A DNA stretch of 64,000 nucleotides from Phyllosticta citribraziliensis (taxonomy: Eukaryota): contig NW_027117346.1 in the NCBI RefSeq assembly GCF_038025025.1, forward strand, positions 496,001-560,000, given 5' to 3'. Shown piece by piece: positions 51,232-64,000 of the stretch. The translations under genes were made by a program, and so were the position numbers. Positions within the stretch are counted from its first letter, which is position 1. Each line of letters opens with the position of its first letter. The notes below the pieces were generated by a model, which was not told the origin of the DNA, ran no database searches, and saw only the letters and a list, made by a program, of their open reading frames with translations.

Positions 51232-52943
51232 ATGGATCGCTACAAGTCGGCCTCGATACCCATGGACTTCGAGTACACCAACCGCACGGGGCCTGTCGAC
51301 AACAACTCGCCGTTCATGGTAGCGAGCCGTGCGAGACAACAAGAAGGACAACACACCAAGAAACGTAAGTTGTAGACAGGTGCGCGGAGGCGGCACACTG
51401 CGAAACATCCACGGACCCACAGGAGATCGACGCTGACATGAATTGGGATGTGGCAGGGCCTTTTGAGAGCTACATCACGCCAAGCCAAACTCCCAGCCTC
51501 CGCGATCCTAACAACCATACATTTCTCTTCTCGCAACATCCCACCCACAACTTTGGCTCGCCTAGCAAAGTTGCGTCGCACAGCACCAATCGACCAGGAA
51601 GTCCGATCAAGTCCCCGTTGAAGGATCCAAGATTTCAGACACCGCGCAAACTAGACCTTGCCGACGTCAGCTCACCAGAGGACACACCCGGCGCGGACAC
51701 GGACGCGAACAACGCAGATAGCGAGGCGACGCCGGACACCAGTTCTATGGGCTTCCGGAACCGCGCAGTCAACTTCATGGCAGGCGGCAGAAGCAAGCCG
51801 AACAATGGCGAGAGTCCGAGTAAGAGGGATGAGAAACCGGAAAGCTGGACCAGTAAATTGGGGAGGTTAATGGTCAGTCCTGAGCCAAAGTCGAAAAGCG
51901 GCGGCGGTCCATTCACCAACAAGGGAGAGAAGCGGATATTGCGAAGAAGAAATGCTGGCGAGAGCACAAGAAAACCAAGTGGACGATCGCGGCGCATCAA
52001 TTCGTCACATATGGACAGCTCGGACGACGAAAGCTCGAATCGCAAAACAGGACCACATATTCCGCTCTGGCGCACATTTCTCGACTACATTGACGACCAT
52101 CCGGACCTACCAAATACCCTTTCGTTCTACGTCCAGCTTGGCATGAATGTTTTCTGGATGGGCTGCGTTATGTACGTCGTGTACGCCTTCTGGAGTGCTG
52201 TTCAAGGCGACGTCAACATAGCGGCAGACAAGGCCATGACACAGGCGCTGGCTGAGATGGCCAAATGCGCACAAGACTTCAAGGACAACGACTGTGGCGG
52301 ACGACGGATGCCGGCACTGGAAAACGCGTGCATGAACTGGGAACAGTGCATGAAGAGGGATCCAAAGGCTGTGGGCAGGGCGCGGGTCAGTGCACACACG
52401 TTTGCCACCATCTTCAACTCGTTTGTCGAGCCCATCTCCTACAAAGCCTTCGTAAGTACACCCTTCCCCTAACGCCCTTCGTTCCTCGCATCCTGTTCAC
52501 TCGGAGTCAATCTAGATGCGACATTCACTAACCTGCCACAACAGATTTTCTTTGCTGGAGTCCTCAGCACCGCCGTCATCATCAGCAATTTTGCCCTTTA
52601 CAGATTCCGCGTCCAGCATCCGCTCACTCAAAATGCTCCCAACCCTTCTTCTCATCCGCAACCACCTTATGACTTCACAAGCCCATATGCGGCCCACCAG
52701 CAACATCACTACCTCACTTATGGTCCTGGCTCCATTCCTCCAACCCCCCAAAGACACCCTTCAGCAGGCGGCATGGGCTATCCTGCAACGCCGGGAAACC
52801 CCCGTATGATTGGCGAGTTTTTCAACACTCCGGCGACGCATGGGCAGTGGTATGGTGGTCAAGAGGCAATGACAGGTCAGAGAGATGGGAGACAGCCAGC
52901 TGCAAATGGCAGCCCAACCAAGAAGATTGAGTGGTCGAGGTAG
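51232..52943 (+). CDS. BRL1: Nuclear envelope protein Brl1/Brr6 family
   Basis: Introns at 51365-51456 and 52452-52544. N-terminal PMDFEYTNRTGPVDNNSPF; TM helix, then four Cys (CAQDFKDNDC..CMNWEQCMKRDP), then FNSFVEPISYKA and a second TM helix. Confidence 0.87.
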
Positions 52944-53658
52944 AAGAACCTGCCGTGGGTAATTGCGGATTCTTGTTTTCATTACAGGGTTTTGGGACTT
53001 GGCCGGTTGACGGAGGGTTGGTTAAAAGGATCAGGCTCAGGTTCGGTGGATCTGTCTAGGTACAAGGTGTGCATACGGTAGCGGCACTGCATACACCCGT
53101 TCTAAAGCTGGGCGGGGGCATGGCGTTGGTTTACGACATTCATTCCTTAAGCCATTCTGTTCGCATGATTCCTAGGGATAGGAGGATTGGGACCTTGAAA
53201 CAACCAGATTCGTGGTTACTAGCTTCTGATATCGTTCTGAGCGATGTATGTAGGTCCGTAGTAGTGGAGGGTTCCGATTGTCCTCATCGGCGTGTACATG
53301 AATAGCTGCATGAGAGACAACAGGATGGAATTCAATCTGCTTTAAAAACAAACTATAGAAAGTGCTAGGCTATGAGCCTCGCTTTCATTAAGCATGAAAA
53401 CAAACACTTAAGCGTCGAATTCAACCAAAATCTTAGAATTTTTCTCGGTAGCTCTGTGGTAAGATGCCTGCGGAGCGGAGGTGAAGTCCGATATACCAAT
53501 GACGTCAAGGCGCTAACCTCACAAGGCTTAGTCGCACAACGTTCGCCGAACTTTTGCCAGCACCCTCGCCCGGAAAGTCTGAGAGCTTGTCAACATCAGC
53601 ACGCTCGCTGCTTCCACCTTTTCCTCCTCCGGTCACTCCTTGCACGAGACTCTTCAAC

Positions 53659-56600
53659 ATGGCTGGGAACTCTCAAGCAATCGCCCAGCTCCTGCAGCAG
53701 AGCTTGGTTCCTCAGCACAGCAAAGAAGGTTCGTATTATATCGCCCGCGCGAGCTCCGTTTGCAATCAACAGAGCACGGCGACAGCGGACAACAGACGGC
53801 GGCGCTTCGCACATCCCCATTGCTTCTAGTCAAAGACTGAGCTGACAATTTCTCCCTAGCCGAGGCCGCCATCCGGCAACAAGAGACCATCCCCGGCTTC
53901 TCAATCGCACTTCTTCAGATTGTCGCAGATGCCTCGATTCCCCAGACCACGAGGCTCGCTGCCGCCCTCTACTTCAAAAACTACATCAGGCGCGATTGGA
54001 CTGTACGTGTGCCAAACTATACATCGGCGCCCCGGCAGACGGTAACGATTGATAGGATGTGTCTGGCGAATACCGCCTCCCGCAAAATGAGGTCGTCACG
54101 GTTAAACAAGAGCTCATCGGCCTCATGATTACCCAACCGCCCGCCATACAAAGTCAACTTGGCGACGCGATCTCCATGATCGCAGAGAGTGACTTTTACG
54201 AGCGCTGGGACACGCTTGTCGAGGTCAGTCTCTCACGAGTCTATTTGCCGGGGAGGAGAGCTGACTTGCTTTCAGGACCTCGCGTCGCGCTTGACTCCAA
54301 ACGATGCCAAGGTCAACAATGGTGTCCTCCAAGTCGCACATTCGATATTCAAGCGCTGGAGGCCGTTGTTCAGATCAGACGATCTCTTCACTGAGATCAA
54401 CCACGTCCTGCAAAGATTCAGCGAGCCGTTCTTTCAGCTCCTCAAAGTGAGTTGAGAGTCTGCAAATTGAGACGGGTCACCCCACTAACCCGTAGAAAGA
54501 ACACAGACGAGCAAATCACCGCGAACGCAGGCAACAAGGAGGCGCTGCAGGGCTACGCCCAGACCCTTAACCTCATCTTGAAGCTCATGCATGACTTGTC
54601 CTGCCAGGACCTGCCGCCTCTCTTCGAAAGCCACTTGGACCAATTGGTCGCCTTCTTGCACAAATATCTCACTTACGACAACCCACTTCTTCACACAGAC
54701 GACGAGGCCGAAGCAGGAGTCCTCGAGTACATAAAGGCAGGAATTTTCGAGACCCTTGTCTTGTGGACCACCAAATACGAGGATGAGCTTGGCCAATACC
54801 TTGGAACCTTTGTGGAGAGCTCGTGGTCCTTGTTGACTGCCATTGGACCGGAGACCAAGTACGACATCCTCGTCAGCAAAGCTCTGCAATTCCTCACCTC
54901 GGTCACCGCCAACCAACAGCACGCTGCGGCCTTCAACAATGACCAAGTCCTCAACCAAGTCATTGAAAAGGTCATCCTTCCCAACGTGTCTCTCCGTGAA
55001 TCTGATGTCGAGATGTTCGAGGATGAGCCTATTGAGTACATCCGGAGAGATCTGGAGGGCTCTGACAGCGACACGAGGAGGCGCGCAGCCACCGACTTCC
55101 TGCGCCAATTAATACGGCAGTTTGAGGACCTGGTCACGGGCGTGGTCAACAAGTATATTGACGCCTACCTGCAAAACTATGCAGCCAACCCGAAGGACAA
55201 CTGGAAGTCCAAGGACACCGCCGTCTATCTCTTCTCATCCATCGCGGCCAAGGGCGCTTCGACAGCCGCCTATGGTGTGAAGACGGTTAATGCCCATGTC
55301 AACATTCTGGACTTCTTCCAGAAGCATATTGCGGACGATCTGACTGGCGAGTCCGTCGAGCCGATACTCAAGGTCGATGCCATCAAGTTCGTCTATATTT
55401 TCCGCAGCCAGCTGACGCAACAATACTGGCAAGCCGCCTTCCCTCTCCTGGTCAAGCATCTTGGTGTTCCCAACTATGTCATCTACTCATACGCTGCCAT
55501 CGCAGTGGAGCGGGCGCTTTACCTGACGGATGACAACAAGCAACTCGTCATTGCAAAGACGGATGTTGCTCCTCTCGCAAAGGATCTCCTTGTGCATCTC
55601 TTTGGTCTAATCCAGAAGGACTCTGCACCCGAGAAGATCCAAGAGAACGAATTCTTGATGAAGTGTGTCATGAGGGTTCTCGTTTTCATCCGGGAAGACG
55701 TCATTCCCATCACTGACATCGTTCTCACCAACTTCATCAACATCACCAAGGTCATCCGCCACAACCCCAGCAACCCGCGCTTCTACTACTACCATTTCGA
55801 AGGCCTTGGCGCACTCATCAGGTTTGCGGCTCCGTCTCAACCCGAGAAGCTCGAGAATGCGCTTTTCGAGCCCTTTTCCTCAATCCTCTCCGAAGACGTT
55901 CAGGAGTTCACGCCTTACGTCTTCCAGCTTTTCGCTGCTCTTCTCGAGGCCAACCCATCTGGCGCACTGCCCGACTTTTACAAGAACCTCATTCAGCCGA
56001 TCGTTCACCCATCTCTTTGGGAGTCCAAGGGCAACGTGCCTGCCCTTGTTCGGTTCCTTTCGGCCATCGTGTCGCGCGGCGCATCGGTCATTGTGCAAAA
56101 CAACCAGCTGGAACCCATCTTGGGTATCTTCCAGAAACTCATCTCCACCAAGACCTACGAAAACCAGGCTTTCGACCTCATCGAAGTCATTGTTGGCTCC
56201 TTCCCCGTGGAGGCTCTCAAGAGTTATTTTGCTCCCATGCTCCAAATCTTGTTCACCAAGCTGTCGAGCAATCCCTCTGAGAGCTTCAAGCTCCGCTTCG
56301 TGCGCTTCTACCACTTCATTTCCGCCCGCGATGACAAGAGTCTCGGTTGCGACTTCTTCATCACTGTCGCTGATTCGGTGCAGAACGAGTAGGTCAATCA
56401 CCTCGCGTTGTTCTTTGTGATACTGATCATCTTTCTACAGTATCTTCCGCCCCGTCTACACGCAAATTATTCTCCCCGAGACGCAGAAGCTGACGCGGCC
56501 CTTTGACCGCAAGACGGCCGTCGTCTCCTTCACCAAGACGCTTGCCGACGGACAGGCGTTTATCGAGCGCTACCAAAAGGGCTGGGCACTGACGTGCGAA

Positions 56601-56897
56601 GCCCTCCTCAAGCAGCTGCTCAACCCACCCGTCGCGCCAGGCAACGACGACGTGATTGCCGACGCTCAGGACGTCGACGATCTGGGCTTCGGCGTCGGCT
56701 TCACCCAGCTCAACACGTGCAAGAAGACGCCCGTCGACCCGTTCCCCGAAGTCGGCGACGTCAAGAAGTGGGTCGGCCAGTACCTCCGCGAGGCGGATGC
56801 GCGCAACGGCGGTCGCGTCGGCTCGTACGTGCAGAGCAGGCTGTCGGACCAGGCGCGGACGGCGTTGATGGAGACGATGGCCATGGCTGGTGCTTAA
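53659..56897 (+). CDS. CSE1: Importin-alpha export receptor Cse1/CAS (exportin-2)
   Basis: Introns at 53729-53859, 54003-54055, 54224-54275, 54447-54499 and 56389-56440. RLAAALYFKN importin-beta N-terminus, FEDEPIEYIRRDLEGSDSDTRRRAA and ENEFLMKCVMRV. Confidence 0.94.
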
Positions 56898-57652
56898 AGG
56901 TGGGATGTCAGATGCAAAATAGATGTCTGATTATCAATGGTTGGTTGGTGGCAATCCATGGATGGATGGATGGATGGATAGGTGGAGTGGCTCGTGTCTA
57001 ACCAAAAAAAGAGACTGCACGGAGCATCATCACTCGAAGTTTCAATGATACCATTTGGAAAGTCTGAAGAATAGTCGCCGGTACAAAAAGTTTACAATTC
57101 AAGAGATCGCATGCAACCTGTTCTCAAGAAGTTTGAGGACTGTCTTGCAATGGAGTGAGTGAGTGAGGGTTAGTGAATTAGCTGGAGTTAGCGTGGCATT
57201 TTGCTTTTCTTCTTTGGGAACAAACAGGTCCATGATTTGGTCATCTTGACTGCTGGATTGCCTGTAGACGAATGGAGTAAGCAAGCTTGAAGTTGTTTGT
57301 ATTGCTACCACGCACTCATCGCGCACAAGGAACAAAATGGTGGATAAGGTATGATACAATTTGGGTATGAATGATTTGCGCATTTGACGAAAGGGCTCCC
57401 ATCTACCTGGCGTCACACATGAGCGTCTGGCGGGTAGCAACACAGCGAGGCAACACCTCCCTCCCACCATGTACGCCTGCCTCCACGTGAACCAACGCCT
57501 CCAACAGCACTCCGACTTGCGTCTAAATTCCAGAAGCCATCTCACTCGCGCAACAGCAGCCTCGCAGCTCCCCAGTCGCCAGCTCCAGAACCACCGCACA
57601 CTCCCCCTCCCCCGTTCCATCAGTCACGCTCATCCAGCTCGCTCGCCGCTTC

Positions 57653-60511
57653 CTACACGGCATGCACGCCACCAAACCCCAAGCCCTCGCTCGCAGCGCT
57701 CAGCCTGGCGCACAAGCTCAAAAAGACGACCGTCTCGGTCGCGGCGTAGTAATTGAGCGTGTCGAGCAAGATGCGCAGGTGCTTCGCGAAGTTGTCCTCG
57801 TAGCGCTGCAGCAGCTCCATCATCTTGGTCAGCTTGGCGGGGTCGTGAGGGATGCCACCGCCCGCGGCGGCAGAGCCGGTTGACGGGTTGGCCGCGTGCG
57901 TCGAGGCTTTGGGCGCGTTTGTGGTGCTCGTTGGGGACAGCGGGGAGGAGGAGAGGTCGGCGTCGGCGGAGAAGAGGTAGCGCGAGAAGGACGACGTGTA
58001 TTCGGCGAACATGGTGCAGGTGCCTAGGATCTTGCCGTTGATCTGTGAGAGGTGGTTGTTAGAGTATGTCCCATGCTCTCCAAACTTCTCATGTGACACG
58101 GGGCAGACTGGGGATGAGGCGACGTACCTTGAGCAGCTTCGAGTTTGTCAACATGCACTCCTTGAGACAAGTAGCAAGGAAATCGACGTGATCCTGCATC
58201 AGCTCGTCGACCGTGCGCTTCACCTGCTCGGACGACTCGCCATCGATGTCCATGGCCGACTCCTCGACCTCTGCATTCGCATTCAGCCGCGACATCATCG
58301 ATTGCCAGTTCGGCTCGATGACCTCGGCCGTGCTGTAGTAAAGCAGCTGCTGCACAAACACCAGCATCCGGGCCCGCAGCGTGTACGCTCTGCGCTTCCA
58401 TTGCTCAATCTTGGGGTTTGACGAGCGGTGCTTCCAGCTGCGCACTTTGCTGTAGCCAACCCAGCTGTTGCCCAAGACCGTCTCGGCGTGCCGCAGGGAC
58501 AGGAGGTAGCGGAAGAGGAGTTGGTAGCGCGTCAGCGTAACTCGGCTGACAACCAACGATAGCGGGAAAGGCATGGCGTAGTCGAGAACAAGAGCATCGA
58601 AGCCGATGATTTCCTTTTCGTTGGTGGTCGTGGTGGACTGCACGGCCGGGGTGTAGAAGCTGCCCGTCGCAGCATCTTGATCCAAGCCCGTCACCGTCAC
58701 AATCTTCATGAGCCAGTTGGTCAGTCCAATCTCGTTCATCTGTACCTTGACATCCTCCTTGTAGGGGTCCTCTGCTGCCACGCTTCCAGGCTGGCGCAGA
58801 GCGAGATCGAGCAACGATTGCAGCTTGCCGATATTAACGTGCCTAGCCGTCTTTTTGAGCTCAGACGTTCCCAGTTCGAGGAAATAAGAAAAGAAGTCGG
58901 AGCGGTCGAGGAAAAAGTAGTGCTTCAAGGATCGAAGGCGGGCAGGAAGAGCATGTGTCGTGAGGAGAAGATGGAGTAGGGAGGAGTTGGCGTATGCATA
59001 TGCACTATTGACGTTTTCCAGGAAGCGAGGGTCGTCAAAGGTTGTTGGTACATCTTGAACCACTTTGCTGACATCCACGCCGCCACACTCTCGAACAACA
59101 TTGAGGTATTTTCCCGCGAGCAACACCTTGTCCTTGAGGCCTTCCAGCTGCGGGGGAACCAGGTTGTCGCGTATGGTGTAACGCTTCTCCCAGTATTCGT
59201 CTGTGTAGTCCTGGTCGAGGCGTTCGCGCTTGATGCTTTTTTGCTCTTTTATCAAAAACTCGGCGTGTGGGTCTTTGATGGCTCCTTGATGCAGCCACTC
59301 ATTCAGCATAGTCATATAAGGCCGACTTGCTTCTCGCAATAGGGTCGTAAGTAGCGTTCGAGCAGCCGGATCTCCCGACATTGACGCCAGTCTCTTAGAT
59401 ATCAGCCCGAGCACACTACCGCCCTTGCACACTTTCTTTCCCCCAATGGAGCCCTGCGCAATATTCCCGCCCTCTCTCAGGGATTCGAGGATGTCCTCGA
59501 GGTTTTCGGTCTCATCAAGGTCGTCATCATCATCATTTCCAATCAATCCGTTGGCCCTCAAAACCTCGAGGCCCATGCTGTACAGTTGGAAGAGCATGTG
59601 GCTCGTTGGCTTGGTATGCAGGTTGAGCAAATGTAGGGTAAATGTAGAGTTTGTGAGCATTTGGTGTTCCAGCTGAGCCATGAGGACTAGATAATCCTTT
59701 AGCAGCTTGCGGACAACGGCGCACAACGCATGGTTGACTGCGCCGTACTCGTCCCTGCTCTGCACTTCGATGAAAGCCTCCAATGCCGAGTAGTGTGTCG
59801 CCATCTTCAGCATGTTGGTTGTCAAGTCCCGCAAGCTTGGATCCAGGCCGTTTGCTATGCGGTAAGAAGGCCCCATGAGCTTATCCTTCTCCTCCGACGG
59901 GTTGTACGTTTCCGAAAAGCGTATGTATTGGCCTTCGAATCCCATGAAAACGAAAAGAAGGTCCTCTATAATGGCTGCCTCCTGGGCGTCCAGCGACAAC
60001 TGTCCCAAAGGCTCGGGCTGCAATTGAGAGGGCGCAAGAGAGGCCCTTTGGGGTGTGGATATCCGCGAAGCAAGTGGTGCAGTGGAGTGTGGGATCAATG
60101 ACGCCTGGGGTATCCAGGGCTCTGATGAATGTCAGCTACGGAAATTTGGGTCGCGACAGTATTCTCCGTACCCCGCTTCTCATCGTCCTTTGCGTCGTTT
60201 GAGCTCGACACACTCCGGCTGGTGGTCTTGCTTGCAGGGCCCTCATCCTTGGACTTTCTCGAGTTTGCGCGACTGTCGGTCGAGTGTCTGAGCGGGGTGC
60301 GCTTAACAGTCACGGCCTCTCTCATGAGGACATTGGACCTCTCGGTGCGGCGCTCAGAGGCCTTGGTGGAGGAATGGGCGCGAGAGGAAGAAGCGCGGGA
60401 CTGAGAAAGCGGGTCTTGGTCGCGCGTCATGGAGGAGACGCGGGGTTTGGAGGCGCTGGAGACGCGTTCAGCATGTTGATAGTACTTGGGAGTTGGACGC
60501 GACGAAGACAT
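57653..60511 (-). CDS. SPC97: Gamma-tubulin complex component Spc97/GCP2 (Alp4)
   Basis: Introns at 60122-60171 and 58043-58127. QEAAIIEDLLFVFMGFEGQYI, YWEKRYT, KVLLAGKYLNVVRECG and FLATCLKECMLT. Confidence 0.92.
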
Positions 60512-61189
60512 GGCAGGCGGAGCAGAGGTCCATGGGGGTGGGAGGGTACAATGTTTGGGGGGGATTGGGAGCTGGACCTGGACCTGGACCTCGAAGCTGC
60601 CGGGCAGCGGAAAGTCGACGCGCACCGTGTTGTCCAGCCACATGTGGCGGTGCGCGAGTAAGTATCCGTACTGTCGATGGTACCTATACACTGGCGGTCA
60701 ACAACAACAACGACGTCGACTGCTCGTTTGAAGCGAGGCGTCCAGTCCACAGATCAGTTCAGTGTCCGGTCGGTGTCTTGCCTCGACTCGGTGCCGTCCA
60801 GTCCTGACCCTGAGCAGTGAGGCGGGTAATGTAGCCAACGCGGTTCGTGAAAGCCCAAAGCCGCGACAAGAGCAGGCGTTTCAGCAGTCGAGAAACATGG
60901 AGTAGCACTGCGAAGCTGGGGACCACTAGCGGCGTATCCGGGGTCGCCCAATGAAAAGCTGTGGCGGGCAGCCTCGGCCAGGGCAGGGCATGTGAGGTGA
61001 GGTGTAGTCCGTAAACCGAAGCCGACCTTCTCCATCTTCGCCATGAATCACTCCGCTTCGCCGCAACCCTATATCCTGCACTCTTGCGCGCACGCTGCCC
61101 TGCCGCCGTGCTGTGCTCCTGTCCTGCAACCTTCATGCCCCTGCCTTTCTCCCTCATCGCATCACAGCATTGGCCTTGGTTAGCTTGAC

Positions 61190-62445
61190 ATGTCAGACTC
61201 TGTGGGTAAGAGACCATGCCCCATCATTGCCGAGAGCACGCGATCATCCGCCGCCCGACGACCTCCTCAACTCGACACTGACGCCTCGCGCGCCCTCCAG
61301 ATAGAGTCTTCAGCCATGCTCTCAACACCGTCAATAAGATCCGGATTGGTTCCGAGAAGCCACCCTCGTCCATCCGGTTGAAGCTCTATGGGCTGTACAA
61401 ACAGAGCATGGGTACTTTCTCACCCATCTTGTCCTCCGGACCAGCGCAATCCTGACGAATGCATCAGAGGGCGACGTGGACGGCATTATGGAGAGACCCG
61501 AGGGCGACACTGAAGAGGCGCATCGGGCTCGCGAGAAATGGTGACTCCAATTACCCGCCAACCTCACCTTTCAAAGACCAAACCAGCTGAGACTTGCTTG
61601 CTTCACCCAGGGACGCATGGAAACAACAAAACGGGCTATCGCGCACCGAAGCCAAGCGTCGGTACATCGAAACCCTGATCGAAACCATGCACAAGTACGC
61701 CTCGCCCTCGCCCGACGCCCGCGAGCTCGTCGCCGAACTCGAATTCGTGTGGGACCAAGTCAAGTCCAACGTCCCCTCCTCGTCGTCCTCATCGCCCCTC
61801 CAGACCCTCGGCATGCCCTCCTACCACGCCCTGGGCTCGTCGGGCACCACCTCTCACGACTACCCCCCGCCACCGAACCAGCACCTGCACGGGCGACGGA
61901 GCGGGCAGATGACGGTGCTCTCGCCGCCACCGCAGGGCGAGGAAGACGACGAGGAGGAATTTGTCGACGCCCAAGACTCGCAAGACAACAGCGAACATGC
62001 CGACGGCGCGCGCGATGCCGCTCCGGCAGCAAAAGCAGCAGCGCGCGGCGCCGGAGGCCAGCGCAACTCATCCGTCGCGGGAGACCGCAAGTGGCGGCGA
62101 CGCGTCGAGGCTACGCTGGTAAAGATGACGACGGAAGTGGCAGCGCTGCGTGAGCAGCTCGAGTCACGGCACCTGTTTGCGCGGTCCCAGCGGCGCAGCC
62201 TTGGCGCCTGGATTGGATGGTTCTTGTGGTTCGTGGTCAAGCTTATCGCGGCAGATATTGTCATCTTGGGGATAATATTGCTGTGGATGCGGCGCAAGAA
62301 GGACAGGCGGCTCGAGGGTGCAATTCGCGTGCTGCTCGGGGACGCGGTGGTGCAAATGCAGCGTGTGGGAGGTCAGCAGATGGTGCAGAGCCTGGGGCGT
62401 GTGGGATTAAGCAAGCTGACAGGGAGGAAGACTTTGACGCAGTGA
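61190..62445 (+). CDS. Acyl-CoA-binding domain protein with coiled coil and C-terminal TM (Atg37/ACBD5-like)
   Basis: Introns at 61206-61300, 61412-61467 and 61541-61610. MSDSVDRVFSHALNTV..RLKLYGLYKQSMEGDV..KWDAW..AKRRYIETL, with a hydrophobic segment IVILGIILLWM. Confidence 0.87.
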
Positions 62446-63209
62446 GAACAGGGGGGTTTTTGCTTGTCGGGCTGGCACACGGCTGGGTCAACAAGACGGA
62501 GAGATACCACTGTCGCAATTGACGGTTGGGTGTTTGGAGTTTGATTGTTGGGACATGACGATTTGGGTCTCTTGATTAGCTTACTGGCAGCTTTGTGTGG
62601 TCTTGACAATGTTTGCACTTCAACACCATAGATATTGTACAGCGCATCTACTTGTCCAGCGTGTGGTACTCAAGGAAATTCTTCATTCACTACCGGCACC
62701 CAAAGTTCGTTCGTCCAGGGAGCTGTCGTCTACTATCACGGCAGCACTGGAGCCGGCACGCGAAAAGATTGAATTTGCTAGCGTCAAGCTCACAGCTTTA
62801 GGGACTGACGCTTGAAATATATATTGTGAAAACTTTGATTGGTTTTGAGGGAACTGGGAAAACATGATGGTCGGACGGTGTCTCCACGAAGATTAAAGGC
62901 AATAGTTGAGTTGATCCAACAAGCCTACCCAATCTGGCGCAGATGCATTGGTTCGATCCTCGCAGCTCTCTTTTGCCCTTTTCTTTTTGCTCCGCTCAGT
63001 GCTGTCCTGTCTTTCTCTAACGATCTGCTTAACGTGTGAGCGCAGCATGATGTTCGGCGCCGTTGTCACATGTCAATCCTCGACCACTAAGGTATTCCAG
63101 ACTTTCGTCCGATCCAAAGCAACATCCATGACGCGCCCCTGAGCCGCAAAACATAAAAAACAACCCAAAGTGGATGTCTAAAGAAATGGGACTTCCTGGC
63201 AATATGAAT

Positions 63210-63273
63210 GCGCTTAGGGAGCATCCATTCACTGCTACTGTCGCGCTTAGGAAGCATTCATGCGCTGCTGCAG
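63210..63273. repeat. Imperfect 33-bp tandem duplication
   Basis: GCGCTTAGGGAGCATCCATTCACTGCTACTG at 63210 and GCGCTTAGGAAGCATTCATGCGCTGCTGCAG at 63243. Confidence 0.75.
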
Positions 63274-63825
63274 CCAGACCCAGCGTGTCTCATTTCTTTC
63301 TACACCCACTGTGAACCCAAACTCAGAGCATGGACAGCCGCAGGTACGGTAGTCAGACCACACCAGTCGATCCGACGGGCTGGCTGGCGAACCACCCGCC
63401 CGACTAGGCAAGCCGTGTGACGTCGACCGATATCAAAGCGTCATGGTTACAAAAGTGGCCATCCTACACCTCCACAATCCGCAGCCGAACTACATTGGCG
63501 ATGATGCTGATGATGCCAAACTTGTATCCGAATCTCAATTCCGCATACAAAAGCAGCATGATCACCGATCGATATGCATATTTTCCCACCCGCTTGCCCA
63601 GGGGCTGTTTACTTGTTCTACCAAAAGCTTTATGACAGCATGGTGCGTCATCTTACCCGCCTACATGTGTCTGGCGTGCGTGGATGGACAACAGCAGCAC
63701 CGGGGTGTATAAGACGAGCATCGGGAGCATCCAATCTTGTGTCATCTTTCCACGCAATCAACACACCAGGAAACACGACCACCAATCCATCTACGCTAAA
63801 CCGACGATTCTATACCACCGCCGAC

Positions 63826-64000
63826 ATGCAGACCGTTAAGAACACCATCGCTGAGAACATTGGCGGCGACTATGCGCACTCGCTCGCCCCCAAAGATTCG
63901 CAATTCTCTCTAGACCAAGTGCCCGACTTGTCTTCCAAAGTCGCCGTTGTGACTGGCGGCTCCGAGGGCGTTGGTTACGGCTGCACGCACACGCTGCTGT
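63826..64000 (+). CDS. Short-chain dehydrogenase/reductase, 5' part (truncated by window end)
   Basis: MQTVKNTIAENIGG..FSLDQVPDLSSKVAVVTGGSEGVGYG, containing the Rossmann TGxxxGxG motif. Confidence 0.85.
   Translation, partial: MQTVKNTIAENIGGDYAHSLAPKDSQFSLDQVPDLSSKVAVVTGGSEGVGYGCTHTLL

Noticed and set aside
4855..62445. Stop-codon readthrough producing cryptic PTS1 isoforms
   Set aside because: The stop codons I checked (CCS1, FAS1, Cse1, the APH-like gene and the His/Cys gene) are not in TGA-CTA context followed by an SKL-like end; uricase has an ordinary PTS1.

Overview
Filamentous-ascomycete (Pezizomycotina-like) genomic DNA with short GT-AG introns. The left block carries noxR, CCS1, mitochondrial L13, uricase, Rictor/Avo3 and a LON-domain/RING E3 ligase. 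The middle (about 20-37 kb) is gene-poor and holds four Pol III genes (tRNA-iMet, tRNA-Gln(CTG), tRNA-Lys(CTT) and an atypical tRNA-like gene), a convergent pair of small genes (His/Cys-motif hypothetical protein plus APH-like kinase) and a Pth11-like membrane protein. The right block carries divergent FAS2/FAS1, Brl1/Brr6, Cse1, Spc97/GCP2, an ACBP/Atg37-like gene and the start of an SDR. The most unusual element is the tRNA-like gene at 22121-22205: it has intact A/B boxes, a full cloverleaf body and a terminator, but an 8-bp anticodon stem closing a 15-nt loop that gives no canonical anticodon. Also notable are competing splice acceptors that could switch the RING ligase between a CaaX end and a hydrophobic tail, and UaY/GATA-like sites upstream of uricase. 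All gene models and family assignments were made by eye; no database search was run.
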